Part shown: piece by piece, positions 33,137-48,906 of the stretch
Layout: the number at the start of each line of letters is the position of its first letter
Position numbering within the stretch: the stretch's first letter is position 1
Assembly (NCBI RefSeq): GCF_009914755.1
Contig: NC_060925.1
From: the human T2T-CHM13v2.0 reference genome, Homo sapiens
Length of the DNA: 64,000 bases
Strand: one strand, 5' to 3'
Position numbers and translations under genes: made by a program
Notes under the pieces: model-generated
The model's input: the letters and a program-made list of their open reading frames with translations, nothing else
Databases searched by the model: none
Told to the model about the DNA's origin: nothing

Positions 33137-36100
33137 GCACAGCTACCTCTGTGATCTCATGAGGTTCAACAATGCCTTCTTGGCCAGCCACAGGCAGGCT
33201 GGGTGCGGGAAATCAAACAGGAAAACTCAGCTCCCTGTGGGTCCCACCACACACTGGAAGCAGACCCAGCGGCCCACCCACCATGCAGCTTGGCTGTGGG
33301 ACACACTTCCCCACTTAGTGATGTCTCTTCAGGCCCCAGTTCCCATGCAGGTCACCTCTTGCCACCTCTTTCAGCGCTGCTGCCTAAAGCCTCCACCTCC
33401 CTCTTTAGTCAGTCACCAATCCCAGGCTCTACTGAGTACTGACAGGGCCCAGCTGCTCCCAAGATGGAGCAGGAGGCACATGGTAGGCTCCAGGGCTCCC
33501 CCTGACGCCAGGCCCTTCTCTGTGCTGGAGACAGAGGCTGCTGTCCAGAAGAGCCCTGAAAAATAGGTCAGGCGTAGCTATCTATCTCTTTGGGAAGATG
33601 AGGTTGTTACCTGCTGTTGGAGAAACCAAGACGTGGGTGACACACAGTCTTTATCAGCACAGGACTGACCAGTGCTCATCATTCTGCAGAAGGCTGGCAG
33701 CGCTTGCCCACACTGCTTCTGGAAGCCCCAATTGGGGGCAGTAAGGATGGTGCCACAGTTAGATGCTTCAACTAAGAAAGCTGTTTGACAGCGTAGAGAA
33801 GCTGCCTTCCTTGAAAGCAGCCTTTCTGAAGATGTTACCAAATGTTTGTTTCCTAGGGGGTGAGGCAGTAGTTTGGGTAGAGCACTCAAGAAAAGAGGCT
33901 ATGGTGTGCGGGGAAGAGAGGGGCGCAGGCCTCAACTGGTGGCAGTGCGAGGCTCTGGGGAGAGTGCATTCGGTGCCCTCTCCTTGCCCGCCCGGGCAGC
34001 AGCCAGGTTGGGCTCGGCTTTGTGTCCACAGCTCTTAGGGTTAGAGAATGACGGCTCCAAGCTCCCCCTGCCTCACCCCCTCTCCCTCAAGCCTTTCTTG
34101 CCTCTGTCATCCATGAGGTGCCCTCACAGCAACTGAGGCTATAGCTGTTTTGAGATGGCCAACTCAAGTCGTGTTGAACTGTGCAGAAATAGCTGTCCGG
34201 GAGAAGCACCTTGACAGACGAAACACCTGAACATGACCAGAGGCGTTCTCCCTACTTACCTAGAGGCCTTGCTATTGGGTGGCTGTTCTGCATGAAATTT
34301 CCCAAATTGACTTGAGTGCAGCAACTTTCCCCACTCTTCCTGGCAGTCTCTTTAAGCCACTGCATCACATATTTCTCTGGCGCCTTTAACAGCCTTCTGT
34401 GAGCTGAATCAGTTCTACTTCTTTTTGGAGATGGGGGTAAAAATTGTCTTTCATGGTAAGCACTAAACACATTTATGAACCATCTTTTAAATACATAAAT
34501 ATAAGATAACAAGGTTATTTACGGTGTCTCTGGCTCTCTAGTATTAGGTAATAGTATTAGAAAGTATAGGTGCTCTGCAGGCAGCTTGGAGTGGTGGGTT
34601 CCCAGTGGGGGGATAAGCAGCCCCGTTAACCCTCTTGCTGGATGTCTGTGACCTCACTGACAAACCTCATCTTGAACTGAAGGAAAAAACCCTAGAATTT
34701 AAGCCTCTTTATGAATGTGAGGTGGGGCCCAAAGATGAGGGGCAGAGAGCTGAGCCGCTGTGGATGGCCTCTTTTCATGTTATCTGGACAGTGTCCACTG
34801 GGTGGCCCACATGGCCACAATCCCTGAACCCACAGCAGGCATGCCATCCCCTCTTCCCCACAGCTCCCACTTCACAATCTGCTGTTTGCCCAGGAAGGCC
34901 AGTCAAGGGGCAGAGGGATAGGGAAGAGGAATGAGCCCAGCCAGGTGCAGGAGAGAACAAGGATGATCAAGAAGAGCGAACTCTGGGGAGCAGAGTTACA
35001 AACATAGCTTTCCAGGTCCTGGGACCCACATCACTCCAGCCTCCCTTGGTCTCAAGCCCTCCCCTAGCGTGCTGCCTCCAGCCTGTAGATCCCCACCTGG
35101 CTCTGACAGGGCCCAGCCCCAGTTACTGCAGAGTATCTCTGACTTGAGTGGCTCCAGCCTAGTGTCTGTGCCCTGGGTACTGTGGGCTGCCAGCCTCTGT
35201 GAGCACCTGCAGTGGCTTTGGCACTGTAGGCACAGAGCCGCAGTTCTGATGCTTGGCTGTGACTGCCTCTGGGCTGAAGGCTGGAAGCTGTGGCTCTGCC
35301 CTGACGGAATGTGGTGGCAAGACCATGTCCAGTGACTCAGGGTACTTAGGTAAAGAGGCTGCAAAAAGCTGAGGGCTGCTGAGGGGAGAAGTGTTGGGAC
35401 CCTCTTCTCAAGGTTTCCCACACTTTTTGTTTTGGTGGTAAAGAAGGAGGGATGATTCACCTTCAGGCTCTTGCCAACGAGGGAGTGTGGCACCAGTGTG
35501 AGGGCCGGAACAGTGTCCATTTGGCCCACCATTGCTACACCTCAGGGATCAATCTTAAGGAGTCCCATAAGACCCCCACAAAGAGTGTCTGGACAATGCA
35601 GTCCACGGCCAGCAGGCAGGGTGGAGCCACGGCTGGGGAGGGCGGAGTGTTCCAGAAAAATGCCCCACACTCCCATGGATTCGGCCTTAGGTGGGGCCTA
35701 GATCTCTGTTACCTCCCAAAGTGTTTGGTGTTTCCCTCCTGAGCTCAGCACAAAGTCAGTGTCATCTCCCTGTCCCCCCATTGAGGGTGAGCACATGAAG
35801 CTGATGCCATGAGACCTCTGGCACCTGTGCCTTTCCACCTGGTGGGCTACTGGACTGCTGGGGTTCACGGAGTGGCCTCTCCAACACTGCAGCATGTGTG
35901 CACTGGGTCTGAGGCCCGTTCGAGTGCTTTTAATGATTCTGGGTCACTATTAGAAGGCTTTTGGCTTTTGAAACAATTTCCAAAGTTGAGGGGTTTTTTT
36001 CTTTCTTAAACAACATTTAATTTTGACCCCAGAGGTTATGGCAGCGTGAATCATCCTCTCCTTTCCTGCAGAACTTGACATTTGGTTACCTTTCTAGTTC

Positions 36101-36786
36101 TTTTTGTCTGGAAACCAGATAAAAGTATGTTAGCTGTTTCAGTGCAACATTACTTATGGTAAGCATGATTCCTAATTGTAAATTATCAGCACTTGGAGTT
36201 TTCTGTGTGAACTATAAACACTTGTTAAAAAGCCATAAGGTTGGGCGTCCTATGTGGAATGACTCAATTGGGTATGTGGCTTATGGGGTCCCTGAAAGCT
36301 ATGCCTATTGAGTTGTTCAAAGAGATATGAGCTCCTTTGGGGAATGATGCCTCTAAGCCACAGTGAACCAACCCCCTTCTCCCTGATGTGTCTCATTCCC
36401 TTGTACCTGAGCTGTCACCTGGGCAACCAAGGAGAATAACTCCTGATGACCAGAGGCTCTGTGAGGACTGCCCTCCTCCCCTGAAGAGGGCTGCTTCCCG
36501 CTGCCCTGCAGCCAGGCCATTTCTGTTTGACAGTCTTCAAAGTTAATGACATGCCCAGTGTAGCCTGCAGGGGTCTGGAGTCTGAATGGTAGCTGGATCT
36601 GAGACAAAGGCCCACGGGAGAGAGTTGCAGGCAGCAGGACATGTACCCCTTAACAGCTATGGAATTAACCTCTCTAAGCACCTGTAAGATAGGGAAACAG
36701 TAGTTATACTATAGGACTGTTGTGAGGTTTCAGTGGGATAGTGTAGAAAAACAACTCAGCACAATGAGTTCTCACAACAATGCTCA

Positions 36787-37279
<493 letters not shown>

Positions 37280-38171
37280 CCCCAGTGTCAAGGAGTTGGT
37301 AGAAAATGAGGGCCTCAACTTGTTTGGCAGCCTTGACCCTGACTGTTTCACAGTGACCATGGTTAGAACCTCACAGTGGCCAAGTAGAAAATATATTCTA
37401 AGTAAGTTATGATATTGGAACTTGTCACTGGTGAAAGCTTGAAGGGCCTTCACAAGTCTCCTCATGCAAATACCCCATAGCCAGATGGGCCCAAAGAAAG
37501 GAAATGACCCACCCAAAGCTTCCTGGCACATAGGTGGGCTGGCTAGAACCTCAGCCTTGCAGTCAAATGTCTGCTTTGGCACTTCCTGCCTGTGTGACCT
37601 GAGCTTAAGTTTCCTTATCCATAAAATGGGTTTGTTGTGAAGAGTAAGTGAGATAGTTCTAATTCATGTAAGCAGCTCATGTGGCACACAGTGATATAAG
37701 TGTTGGTGGTGGTTATTATCAGGTTATACTGCACTGACCTGCTGCTCCCCTATGCCTTCTCTTCCTCCTGCAAACCCTATACTCCAATTATAAACACGAC
37801 GTGTGGCCCTGGAGTTGTGTGCCTGGCCCCTGGTCAGCACAAGGGGTACAGTGCAGGCCTGACCTGGCTGTGCTGGCCTGCATCTTTCCCCACCCTATAT
37901 GGGTGAGGATATGCCCAGCCACTGAGGCTCCTAGGAGTTGCTGATGTAAGATTGCTCCCTCCTGCTCTGGCTTTGCATAGCTGCTGTGCTTACTACTGTC
38001 TAGCTGCACCAGAGCAAAGCCCTTTGAGGGTGGAGACTGGATTCACATACTGACTTTCCAAGGGGCCTGTGTGATGCTGGGGCTCTGGTGGACATTCGGA
38101 AGACCACCTGTTCTTTAGGGACTGCTGGAATTAGAAGGACGCTTAGGAATCATTTTTTCCAAGCTCTCCAT

Positions 38172-38529
<358 letters not shown>

Positions 38530-38580
38530 TAGTGATTTGGCTGTTAACTGATTAAAAAGACACTGGTATCTATATTGGTT

Positions 38581-38586
38581 TTTATT
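38581..38586 (-). terminator. SCMH1: SCMH1 polyadenylation signal
   Basis: tttatt on + (AATAAA on -), about 970 nt after the SCMH1 stop, in an AT-rich context. Confidence 0.82.
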
Positions 38587-39558
38587 TATAAACAGATTGA
38601 CATAAAATAAGTCCAGATGGCAGCGTGAGTAGCTGTGCTGCTGACTTGCTTACAAGGAAGCCTGTGGACAGGCGAGTGGGTGGAACCGACTCCAGCCTGG
38701 AAAACCTGCCCTCCCATCCCCCTTAGCGCCTTCTTGGCCTTCCGGCCTGATTTTCTTCGACAGCAGTTCTGGCCAGGGCAAGGAGCTGTGGTGGGGGCAG
38801 TATAAGCCAGGGACTCCCTTCCCACAGATGAGGCCTAGGGCTGCAAAAGGGCCCCGTGAAGAGAGGAGAAGGTGACAGGGATCCTTCTCCTCCCCATATG
38901 GAGTGATGTGGTCAAGGCTTTATGGGTCTCTCCACCTCAAAGAGAAAGTGCCCTAGGGTAGTGTCCTCTGAAGAGGGGCCACGCCTATCTGCAGAGGGCC
39001 TCTCTGGGACCAAAGCAGGGCAGTCTCCCTCCTCCTGAAACCCAGTGTCTAGTGTGGGAGGAGTATTAACTACAGGGTTTGCCCAAGTGCCAGAAACAAT
39101 AAATTAACAATAAGATCTTTTTGTAAAAAAGGTAGAGGTTTGCACCACGAGTTTGGATTCAGGGGAATCTGGTGAGAAGGTACGAGCTGTGGGGCGATGG
39201 GGTGCCACAGCAAGACCAGGACAGAGTTGGCCTTTTCCTCCATCACGTGGAAGGCATTCAGCCTAAACTCCTGGTGAGAGGCCAGCCAGGGTTGAGAAAT
39301 AAATAGAGGGACCTTAGAGCCCCGGCAGAGCTGAGGGAAGAGCAGCACCAGCCCTGGACCCCCACTCTCCCTCCTCAGTCCTTCATGGAAGGACTTATCA
39401 TGGCAGCTGTGGCTAGGAGTGGTGGCTCCACACAGCCTCTTGGAGTCCTGAGGTGGCCCGGAACCCCACTGAGGTGCCTGGGGTGGGCTGATGCCCCTCA
39501 TTCCTAGAAGAATGCCCCCACCTGCTGCCACTTGGTTGTCTAGGCTGCCTCTCCTGGT

Positions 39559-39684
39559 TCAGAACTTGCCCTGCTTCAGCCGGTCAATGTGGTAGGAGAG
39601 CTTGAGTGCAGGCCCCAGCTTCAGGCCCATGTACTTCATCATCATGTCACTGCGCAGCAGCAGCAGGGCCTTGCCATCGATCTC
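39559..39684 (-). CDS. SCMH1: Polycomb protein SCMH1, last coding exon: C-terminal half of SAM domain
   Basis: ccccag| acceptor; [41 protein letters not shown] then TGA; Scm/Ph-type SAM signature EIDG.ALLLL...LKLGPALK. Confidence 0.96.
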   Translation of the reverse strand, partial: EIDGKALLLLRSDMMMKYMGLKLGPALKLSYHIDRLKQGKF

Positions 39685-39948
39685 CTGGGGGGTGGGGAGG
39701 TGGGCAGAAGTGGAAGGGAGGCACCATCAGAGTCCTGGTTGGTCTGACCACCCCAGGTTCTGATTATAGGCCATCCTGGGAAGTGCCCGCCACATGGAGT
39801 CCAGTTCACCTGCTGTGATGCTGAAGCCTACCTGTTCTCCTCAGCCTTTGTCTCTAAGCATCCCTCCTCCCCAAACATCTCGTATTGTCCCCACCAGGTG
39901 AGGCTCTCCACACAGGTTCCTACTGAGAGGTCAGGCAGCAGCACCTAC

Positions 39949-40091
39949 GTGTTTGCGAAACAGGTCAGCGTGGGGTCCAAGCTGAGGATCAGCTTCCCGG
40001 ACAAACTGCATCACATCCTCGACTGTCCATGAGGAGGGGTCCCGGCCACTCAGTCGAGAGGCATCGCGGCTCTCCAGGTATCGGTCCGACC
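39949..40091 (-). CDS. SCMH1: SCMH1 penultimate exon (143 nt): N-terminal half of SAM domain
   Basis: ctgcag|; (G)SDRYLESRDASRLSGRDPSSWTVEDVMQFVREADPQLGPHADLFRKH; donor CAC|gtaggt. Confidence 0.96.
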
Positions 40092-40566
40092 CTGCAGGAC
40101 AGGAGGGCACCTACCATAAAGGGCGGGGACTGGTTTGTAAATCCCCACCACTCTCCTTGGCACATCTCAGTGGCCTTCTAGGTGATGCTCACAGTAGTGC
40201 CAGACGATGAGCTGAGGAACTGGAGATAGCTGGGGGAGGGAAGCATTTCTTCACAAAGGGAAAGCCAAATCTTTGTTTTTTAAGGGTAGATCTGATTTTT
40301 GGAAATGGCCAGAAGAAATTTTGCATTGAGGCTATGATTCAGCCCAAACCTGAGACAGTGGTACCAACATGGTAAGGGGACTATTTGGGTGTCTGGGGGG
40401 CCTGGTGAGTGGGGCTGTTTTTGCCTTGGCTCTGGGGGACCATTTCTAGAGAGACTGGTAGCCTGGTAAGATTAGAGACAAATCCTTGGCACGTGGGCAA
40501 AAAATACCCTGGATTCTTTTCCAAGGCCTGGAGAATAGGTGACCTCATTACAGCCTGATACACTAA

Positions 40567-40864
<298 letters not shown>

Positions 40865-41253
40865 ACAAAAGTTTTTGCTTTGGCTGCCAGGAATCTCAAT
40901 GTTAATTTAGTGTTTTGCTTGGAGCTTTCATCTCAATTTTGACTCAGATATAACGCCTCCTGTTTCCCCTGTGGGATTTGGGATCTCTGTATTTTGACTA
41001 TCATCTGTCAGAGATCTTTTACATGTTTTATTCTCTCTGCTTGGAATCTGTCCCCTTCTCTCCCTTCAATTTTTAATTTTCTTTGGGCAAACTTCAACTT
41101 AACTAAGCAGGTCTCGGCTTCAAGGATCAGTTCCTTTATGAAACTTTTCTGGTCAAATACTGAAATAAATGGTCTCACAAAGTATTTAGTATATTCTTGG
41201 TTACAGATCATTCTGTACCATTTTCCCCCATCACACCATGCTAGTAATCTCTA

Positions 41254-42675
<1,422 letters not shown>

Positions 42676-43233
42676 AACCACCCCCCTCCCCCACCGCCAC
42701 CACACACACACACCTGTTAAAGTAAAAGGGCCTAATATTTAACTCTCTCCGGCAAAGGCTAAGAATCTCCTCCCATTTGCCTTCATTCTGGGTCCCGGGC
42801 CTAAAAAGTCAAAGTACACTTTGTCTGGCCTGGCCTAGTCCAGCCCCTTTTGGAGCAGAGATTCTAGCATATTGTCTTTTCAAGCTTATAGTTGGGCACT
42901 GGGGAGAGGTATGCTAGAGCCAGCAGGGGCTGCTTAGAGTCACAGAAATCCCAGTGGCTTTTTGGAGGTGTTAACAGATGGAAAGTTGGAGGGGGCTCTG
43001 TGAGCCAGTCACTTCTCCCTGTCTTAAAAGTCTACTGTGATGCTAAGAGAGAAACCAAGTGCAGAGAGGCTCTGGAGAACAGAGAGAAGATATGGGGAGA
43101 GAGTGTATATGCAAGAATGTGTCTTTCTTGGACCACCTTAGATAATTCCTCTAATCAGAGGCTAGATACCATATATACATACATACATGATATTATACAC
43201 ACATATATATGATAGTATATATAAATACACACA

Positions 43234-43585
43234 TGCTACTGACTGAATATGTATCCCCTCAACATTCCCATGTTGAAATCCTACCCCTCCCTACCCACAT
43301 GATAATATATATTAGGAGGTAGGACCTCTGGGCAGAGCCCTCATGAATGAGATTAGTACTCTCATCAAACACGGTGCAGAGAGCTCCCTTGCCCCTTTGG
43401 CTGTGCGAGGTTACAGTGAGAAGATGGCTGTCTATGAACCAGGAAGTGGGTCCTCATCAGACACCAAATCTGCTGGTGCCTTGATCTTGGACTTCCCAGT
43501 CTTCAGGACTGTGAGAAATAAATTACTGTTTATAAGCCACCCAGTTCATGGTACTTTGTTAGAGCAGCCCAAATGGACTAAGACG
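43234..43585 (+). mobile_element. Solo MaLR LTR (MLT1A-like)
   Basis: Begins tgcta..gactgaat; internal ccttgatcttggacttccc...actgtgagaaataaa; ends ggactaagacg; 5-bp flanks acaca/accca. Confidence 0.85.
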
Positions 43586-44062
43586 ACCCACATATTTAAT
43601 ACTACTATATATTTATATGCTTGTCTGTCAGCCTACTCCCATTAGAATATAAACTCCATGAGGGCAGGTGGTAGGAAGTTGCTAATTTATATGGTGATTA
43701 GGAGAGATGTCTCCGAAATGATGAAATTTGAGCAAAGACCTTGAGGCAGAAGAGCAAATAGCACATGTAGGATTTAGCAGGAAGGCCAATGTATCAGAAC
43801 AAAGTGAATGAGGGAGAAAGTGGTGTGAAATAACACTAAGAGGCATGGATGTGTGTGTTGAGGAAGAGGAGGGAAGTGGCAGTGAAGATAACAGAGGACC
43901 CTGTACACCATGGAAAACCACTGGCTTTTCTGAGTGAAATAGGTAGGTTTTGAGCACAGGAGTTACATGAACCAACTTGCAATAAGAAGGATCACTCTCA
44001 TTGTCTATGTTGGTAACAGACTTCAGGGGGACATGGAGAGACCAGTTAAGAAGGAGGCTACT

Positions 44063-44662
<600 letters not shown>

Positions 44663-45347
44663 AGGAGGCCATTATGATAAGCCAGGCAAGAGACCACTGT
44701 GGCATGAACTACCAGGGTGGCAGTGGTAAAAAGGTGACCTGATATATCAACAATATTCTATAAAGAACCCCCACCATTGTCAACTCATTTGACCTTTAAA
44801 ATAGCCCTTGAAGGAGGCGTTATCACCATCTTTAGTTCAGAGGGGAGGGGTGAAAAGAGAGAGGAAGTGACTTGCCCTGTCTTTTCCTATTCCCTCTGCA
44901 GACAGCCTATGGCAAAGCTCTCCCCATCGCCCCTCAATGTGTACGGCTGGCACTTACTCTTCAAGGAGGGCTTGTTGTCTCAGTCTGAGCATGACTAAGG
45001 CAGTTGAGGCACATCCACAAGAGGCCAACTAACAAGCTCATGCCTAATCATCCTGGTTAATGCAGTAAGAGAGGAAACAGACTCAACATCCAAATTCTTT
45101 AAGACAAATAATTCTAGGGCCAGCCGAATGAATCTTTTCATAGCCTTATGAAGACCATCAGGCTGTAAAGAGATTTATACAATGACCTGGCAGACAGACT
45201 CATGGTGGGTTTCCAAGGAAAATTGGAGATGCTTAGGGAACAACAGTACCATCTGAGGCCAGTGCCAGGAGGGCAGCCTATCACAAAGTACTCTTCTCAG
45301 AAACAGGGCCTTGGGGAAGATAAAAATAACAGTAACTCCCCTCATAC

Positions 45348-45413
45348 CTGGGGAACGATTTAGTTTCCAAAATGATTCCATATCCCTTCTTTCATTTGAT
45401 CCTTTTAACACTC
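45348..45413 (-). CDS. SCMH1: SCMH1 66-nt in-frame cassette exon
   Basis: tccacag| acceptor; (G)VLKGSNERRDMESFWKLNRSP(G); donor CAG|gtatga; phase 1-1; I recall this peptide from the long SCMH1 isoform. Confidence 0.8.
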
Positions 45414-45545
45414 CTGTGGAAAGACCAGGTTGGTGTCACCATCTCCAGTTTGCACATGAGGAACATTCTGCATATGAGGAAGACCTGAGAGGTGAGATGA
45501 CTGACTCAAGTCTCAAAGCAAGGGAGCCGAGGCTAGAATCAGCGC
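45385..45545 (-). mobile_element. MIR supplying the acceptor of the SCMH1 cassette exon
   Basis: ttcatttgatccttttaacactcctgtg...ccagtttgcacatgaggaa resembles the reverse MIR core (ctcatttaatcctcacaacaaccct...cccattttacagatgaggaa). Confidence 0.65.
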
Positions 45546-45679
45546 TCAGCTCTGCCTCTCTACTTGAGAGCCCTTTAGATTCCATTTTGCTGCCCTGCTC
45601 GGGTTGGGGTGGGGGGAGGGGCACCACAGGCTTCTTCCCATGATTCAGCCTTCCTGAAAGCTCTCTCCGCTGAGATGAC

Positions 45680-45991
45680 TTTTTTTCTTTTCTTTTCTTT
45701 TTTTTTTTTTGAGACGGAGTCTCACTCTGTCCCCCAGGCTGGAGTGCAGTGGCGTGATCTCGGCTCACTGCAAGCTCGGCCTCCTGGGTTCACACCATTC
45801 TCCTGTCTCAGCCTCCTGAGTAGCTGGGACTACAGGTGCCCACTACCACGTCCGGCTAATTTTTTGTATTTTCAATAGAGACAGGGTTTCACCATGTTGA
45901 CCAGGATAGTCTTGATCTCTTGACCTCGTGATCCACCCTCCTCGGCCTCCCAAAGTGCTGGGATTACAGGCATAAGCCACCGTGCCCGGCC
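45680..45991 (-). mobile_element. Alu (AluY/Sc-like)
   Basis: Full dimer; flanking repeat gag(a/g)tgactttttttc. Confidence 0.95.
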
Positions 45992-46299
45992 GAGGTGACT
46001 TTTTTTCATTGCAGGCTCTGCTAATGGAGTCTTCCTATACTTTCACACCTCACTCATGCGTCCCTGGGCTGGAGGAGGCTGGAATCAGGGTGTGGAAGTG
46101 ACATTCTCCTGGCTCCCCACTGCTGCTTCTAGACCATCCTCCTATGAAAGCTCATGTTCTTCAGAGGCCAAACATGTACCCAACCATTGGCTCTTCCTTC
46201 TCACTGTTACTCATAGATATCTGGGTTTCTGCCCCTTGATAAATGAAGACTTTTTGTTACTTAGCTCACTACCCACTGTTCCACCCCAACTCCTGCTCT

Positions 46300-48486
46300 A
46301 ATCCTTGGAGGCAATCCAGCTACCATGCCTCCAGTGACTCTCACCTCCATTCTACTCCAAATACCTACTGCCAACACCACTGTCTGATTCTTGCAATCCC
46401 TTGGAATAAATCCACTTCAGAATTTTAAGCATCCCATTCTCTGACCCCAACCTTCCATCTTTTCAGCTCTCTTGGGACGTATGTCCACTGTAACCATTAT
46501 ATCACAAAGTTCTTTGGCATGTCAAACTTTCCATTTTCCCTATCCTGATTTAGCCTTGCATCCTTCCTACCCTGACTGCCTTCCCAGATGTAGTGGTTGA
46601 TGACTTAAACTGCTCTTCCTGATTCCTGATTTCTTTACATACTCTCCCCCTTCCTCCCAGCTCTTGCTCTACTAGCTCAGCAAAAAAGCCCTTAATTCTC
46701 AAGCTGTCTTTTCTCATCCCATACCTACTAGGTTGCTAAGAATCACAGAAGAAAACCATAGCTTGTGCAAACTGGCCAACTAGTCTCCAAGCATAGTTGG
46801 GCCCTTAGGTTTCCTGCAAATCATCCCCTTTTCTTTGGTCCATTTTTCCCCATCTTCTTTAAGACTAGTCCAGTCTATCAGCGCTCCTAACCCCTTCCCT
46901 GACCAGGCCTTTCTCTATTCACTGATGGACACACTCAATCTTCCCTCCTCTCTCAGAGAAAGTGTGCCTCCTTTTGGCTTAAGACTGATGCCTCTGCCTA
47001 TGCCCTTGATCCCACCACTCCTGAAGCCTAACTTTCTCCTCTTTCCTATATTCTTAATTGCTACTTTTTGGAAGGTGCAAGCTGTCTGCTGACATACGTG
47101 CTTGAAGGGCTCCCATTCTGAAAGATCTTCTTTGACTTAGAGTCCTACTCATCACCAGCCTTTTTTTTCTCATCAAAGTCCCCAGCACAATCTGCCTTCA
47201 CCCCTCCACCACAGCACCAAGGCTGCTTTCGCTAAGATCCACCAATTACCCACTAATGGTGGAATCCAATAGATGTTTCTCAGTCCCTTTTTTGCCAGAA
47301 CTTTGTTATGCTGTGCTCTCCTTCAAATACTCTCTGTAGTCCTGGCCACCACAATATCAAATTCTTCTCACTTTGAATTTTCTAAATTTTCCCTCACTTT
47401 GAATATTCCTTTTTCTCCTTGGTGGGCTCACCTTCCCGTTCTCACCTCCTAAGCTTTGTTGGTTCCCAGGACTTCATCTTTGGTTAACTGTTATTTTCAT
47501 TCACTACATACTTCTGAGAAGTGAGTATCATTCACCCTAAAATTTCAACTGCTGTTTATACACTGGTGACTCCTAAATATTTAACTTCAGCCCAGCACTC
47601 TTCCCTGAGGATTGGATCTGCATAGCCACTGCCTGTTAGATGTCATCTATATGACCATGGGCTCCCCCACCTTCCTTCTCTTCTATGGTGGGTTCCCTCT
47701 CTCAGTGGATGGCACCACCATCTATCTGGCCACATCTAGAAACCTGGGAGACAGTCCTCACTCCCTTCTTCCTCACATCTGATTAAATCCTCAAATCTGA
47801 TTAAATTTGCCTTGTGAACAGTTTTCAAATCCACTCTCTCTTCTCCAAACCTTCTGTCTCTGCCCTAACCCAGGCCTTTGTCACTTCAGATCTGGCCCAC
47901 TCGAGTAACCTCCTAACTTGTTTAGGTTTCTCTAGTTTTGTCCCTCCTCAAATCCATGCTCAACACAGTAGTCAATAATCTATTCAAAACAAAAACCTGT
48001 CTTGCCTCTAATTAAACGCCCATTTAAGGTCTTCTATGATATATGCCTTGACCTTTCCAGGCTTTTCTCTTTGAGTCTCAGTATTACATTTTATGGTTGA
48101 GCAATTCCAAATTGCATGCAGTTCCTGGTATAATCAGTGCTATTTCTTATTCTTTTGCCCTTATTCATGTTGCCCCTCTTCCTGGAAAGCTCTCCCTCCT
48201 CTACCAGCCCTGATATGGCCATTTATACAGTCTCAGGCAAGGCATCATTCCCTTAAGAAAGTGTCCCTTGAACACCAAGCTTGGGTTAGGTATTCCTTCT
48301 TGTAATTTTCATATTACCCAAAGCATATGTCTGTCACTGCACTCAAGACATTGTTTAATAATTATCTGTTTAAGTGTCTCTCTCACCATAATACCTTGAA
48401 GATAAAAAGTGACTGATTTTTGCTTCCCCATGCCAAACACAAATGGAGTTCAAATAAATAGTTAATGGATGAATGAGTGAATGAAT
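46300..48486 (+). mobile_element. Long decayed L2 LINE
   Basis: CT-rich L2 body (actggtgactcctaaatat; cagtggatggcaccaccatc) ending in the L2 tail caaataaatagttaatggatgaatgagtgaatgaat. Confidence 0.7.
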
Positions 48487-48726
48487 CCTTCCCTGTCCCT
48501 TTTGGGTCTAGGTCTTTGGCTCTTAGTTTCTGTTATGCTCAAGCCAATCCTGGAGCTCCAATTACCTCCCAGGTGCAAGGCCAGGCACAAGAGTAAGTCC
48601 AGTCCCTAGTCCCACCACCAGGCAGAGGGCAACAGAGCTAGGTCCTCTCTGGCCTCCCAGAGCTCAGGAAGGAAGTGAAGGAAAGAGTGAGGGAGGGAAG
48701 GAGGGCCAGGACTCTGGTAAGCTTAC

Positions 48727-48906
48727 CCCTGGAGCATAGCCTGCGCACAGCTGAGGCAGTGCTTGGTGGGAGGCCACAGGATGAAAGCAAGGGCCGGTGC
48801 CTTTGGGAGGTGCTGACAAGGTTGGTGGGATTTGAGGCAGAGTCCATTGAGTCTGAGTGTGGTTCCAAGGAGCGGGCCAGACTATTCCCCAGGACAAAGG
48901 TTTCAC
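48727..48906 (-). CDS. SCMH1: SCMH1 exon (180 nt), Ser-rich linker
   Basis: tttttcag|; (G)ETFVLGNSLARSLEPHSDSMDSASNPTNLVSTSQRHRPLLSSCGLPPSTASAVRRLCSR(G); donor AGGG|gtaagc. Confidence 0.93.

Noticed and set aside
34996-35532. 178-aa - strand ORF between SLFNL1 and SCMH1
   Set aside because: No recognisable motif, and I found no phase-compatible donor linking it to the 34462 acceptor; plausible by chance in GC-rich DNA
38945-38951. GCACTTT (miR-17 family seed match) in the SCMH1 3' UTR
   Set aside because: A single 7-mer cannot be distinguished from chance without conservation or AGO-CLIP data
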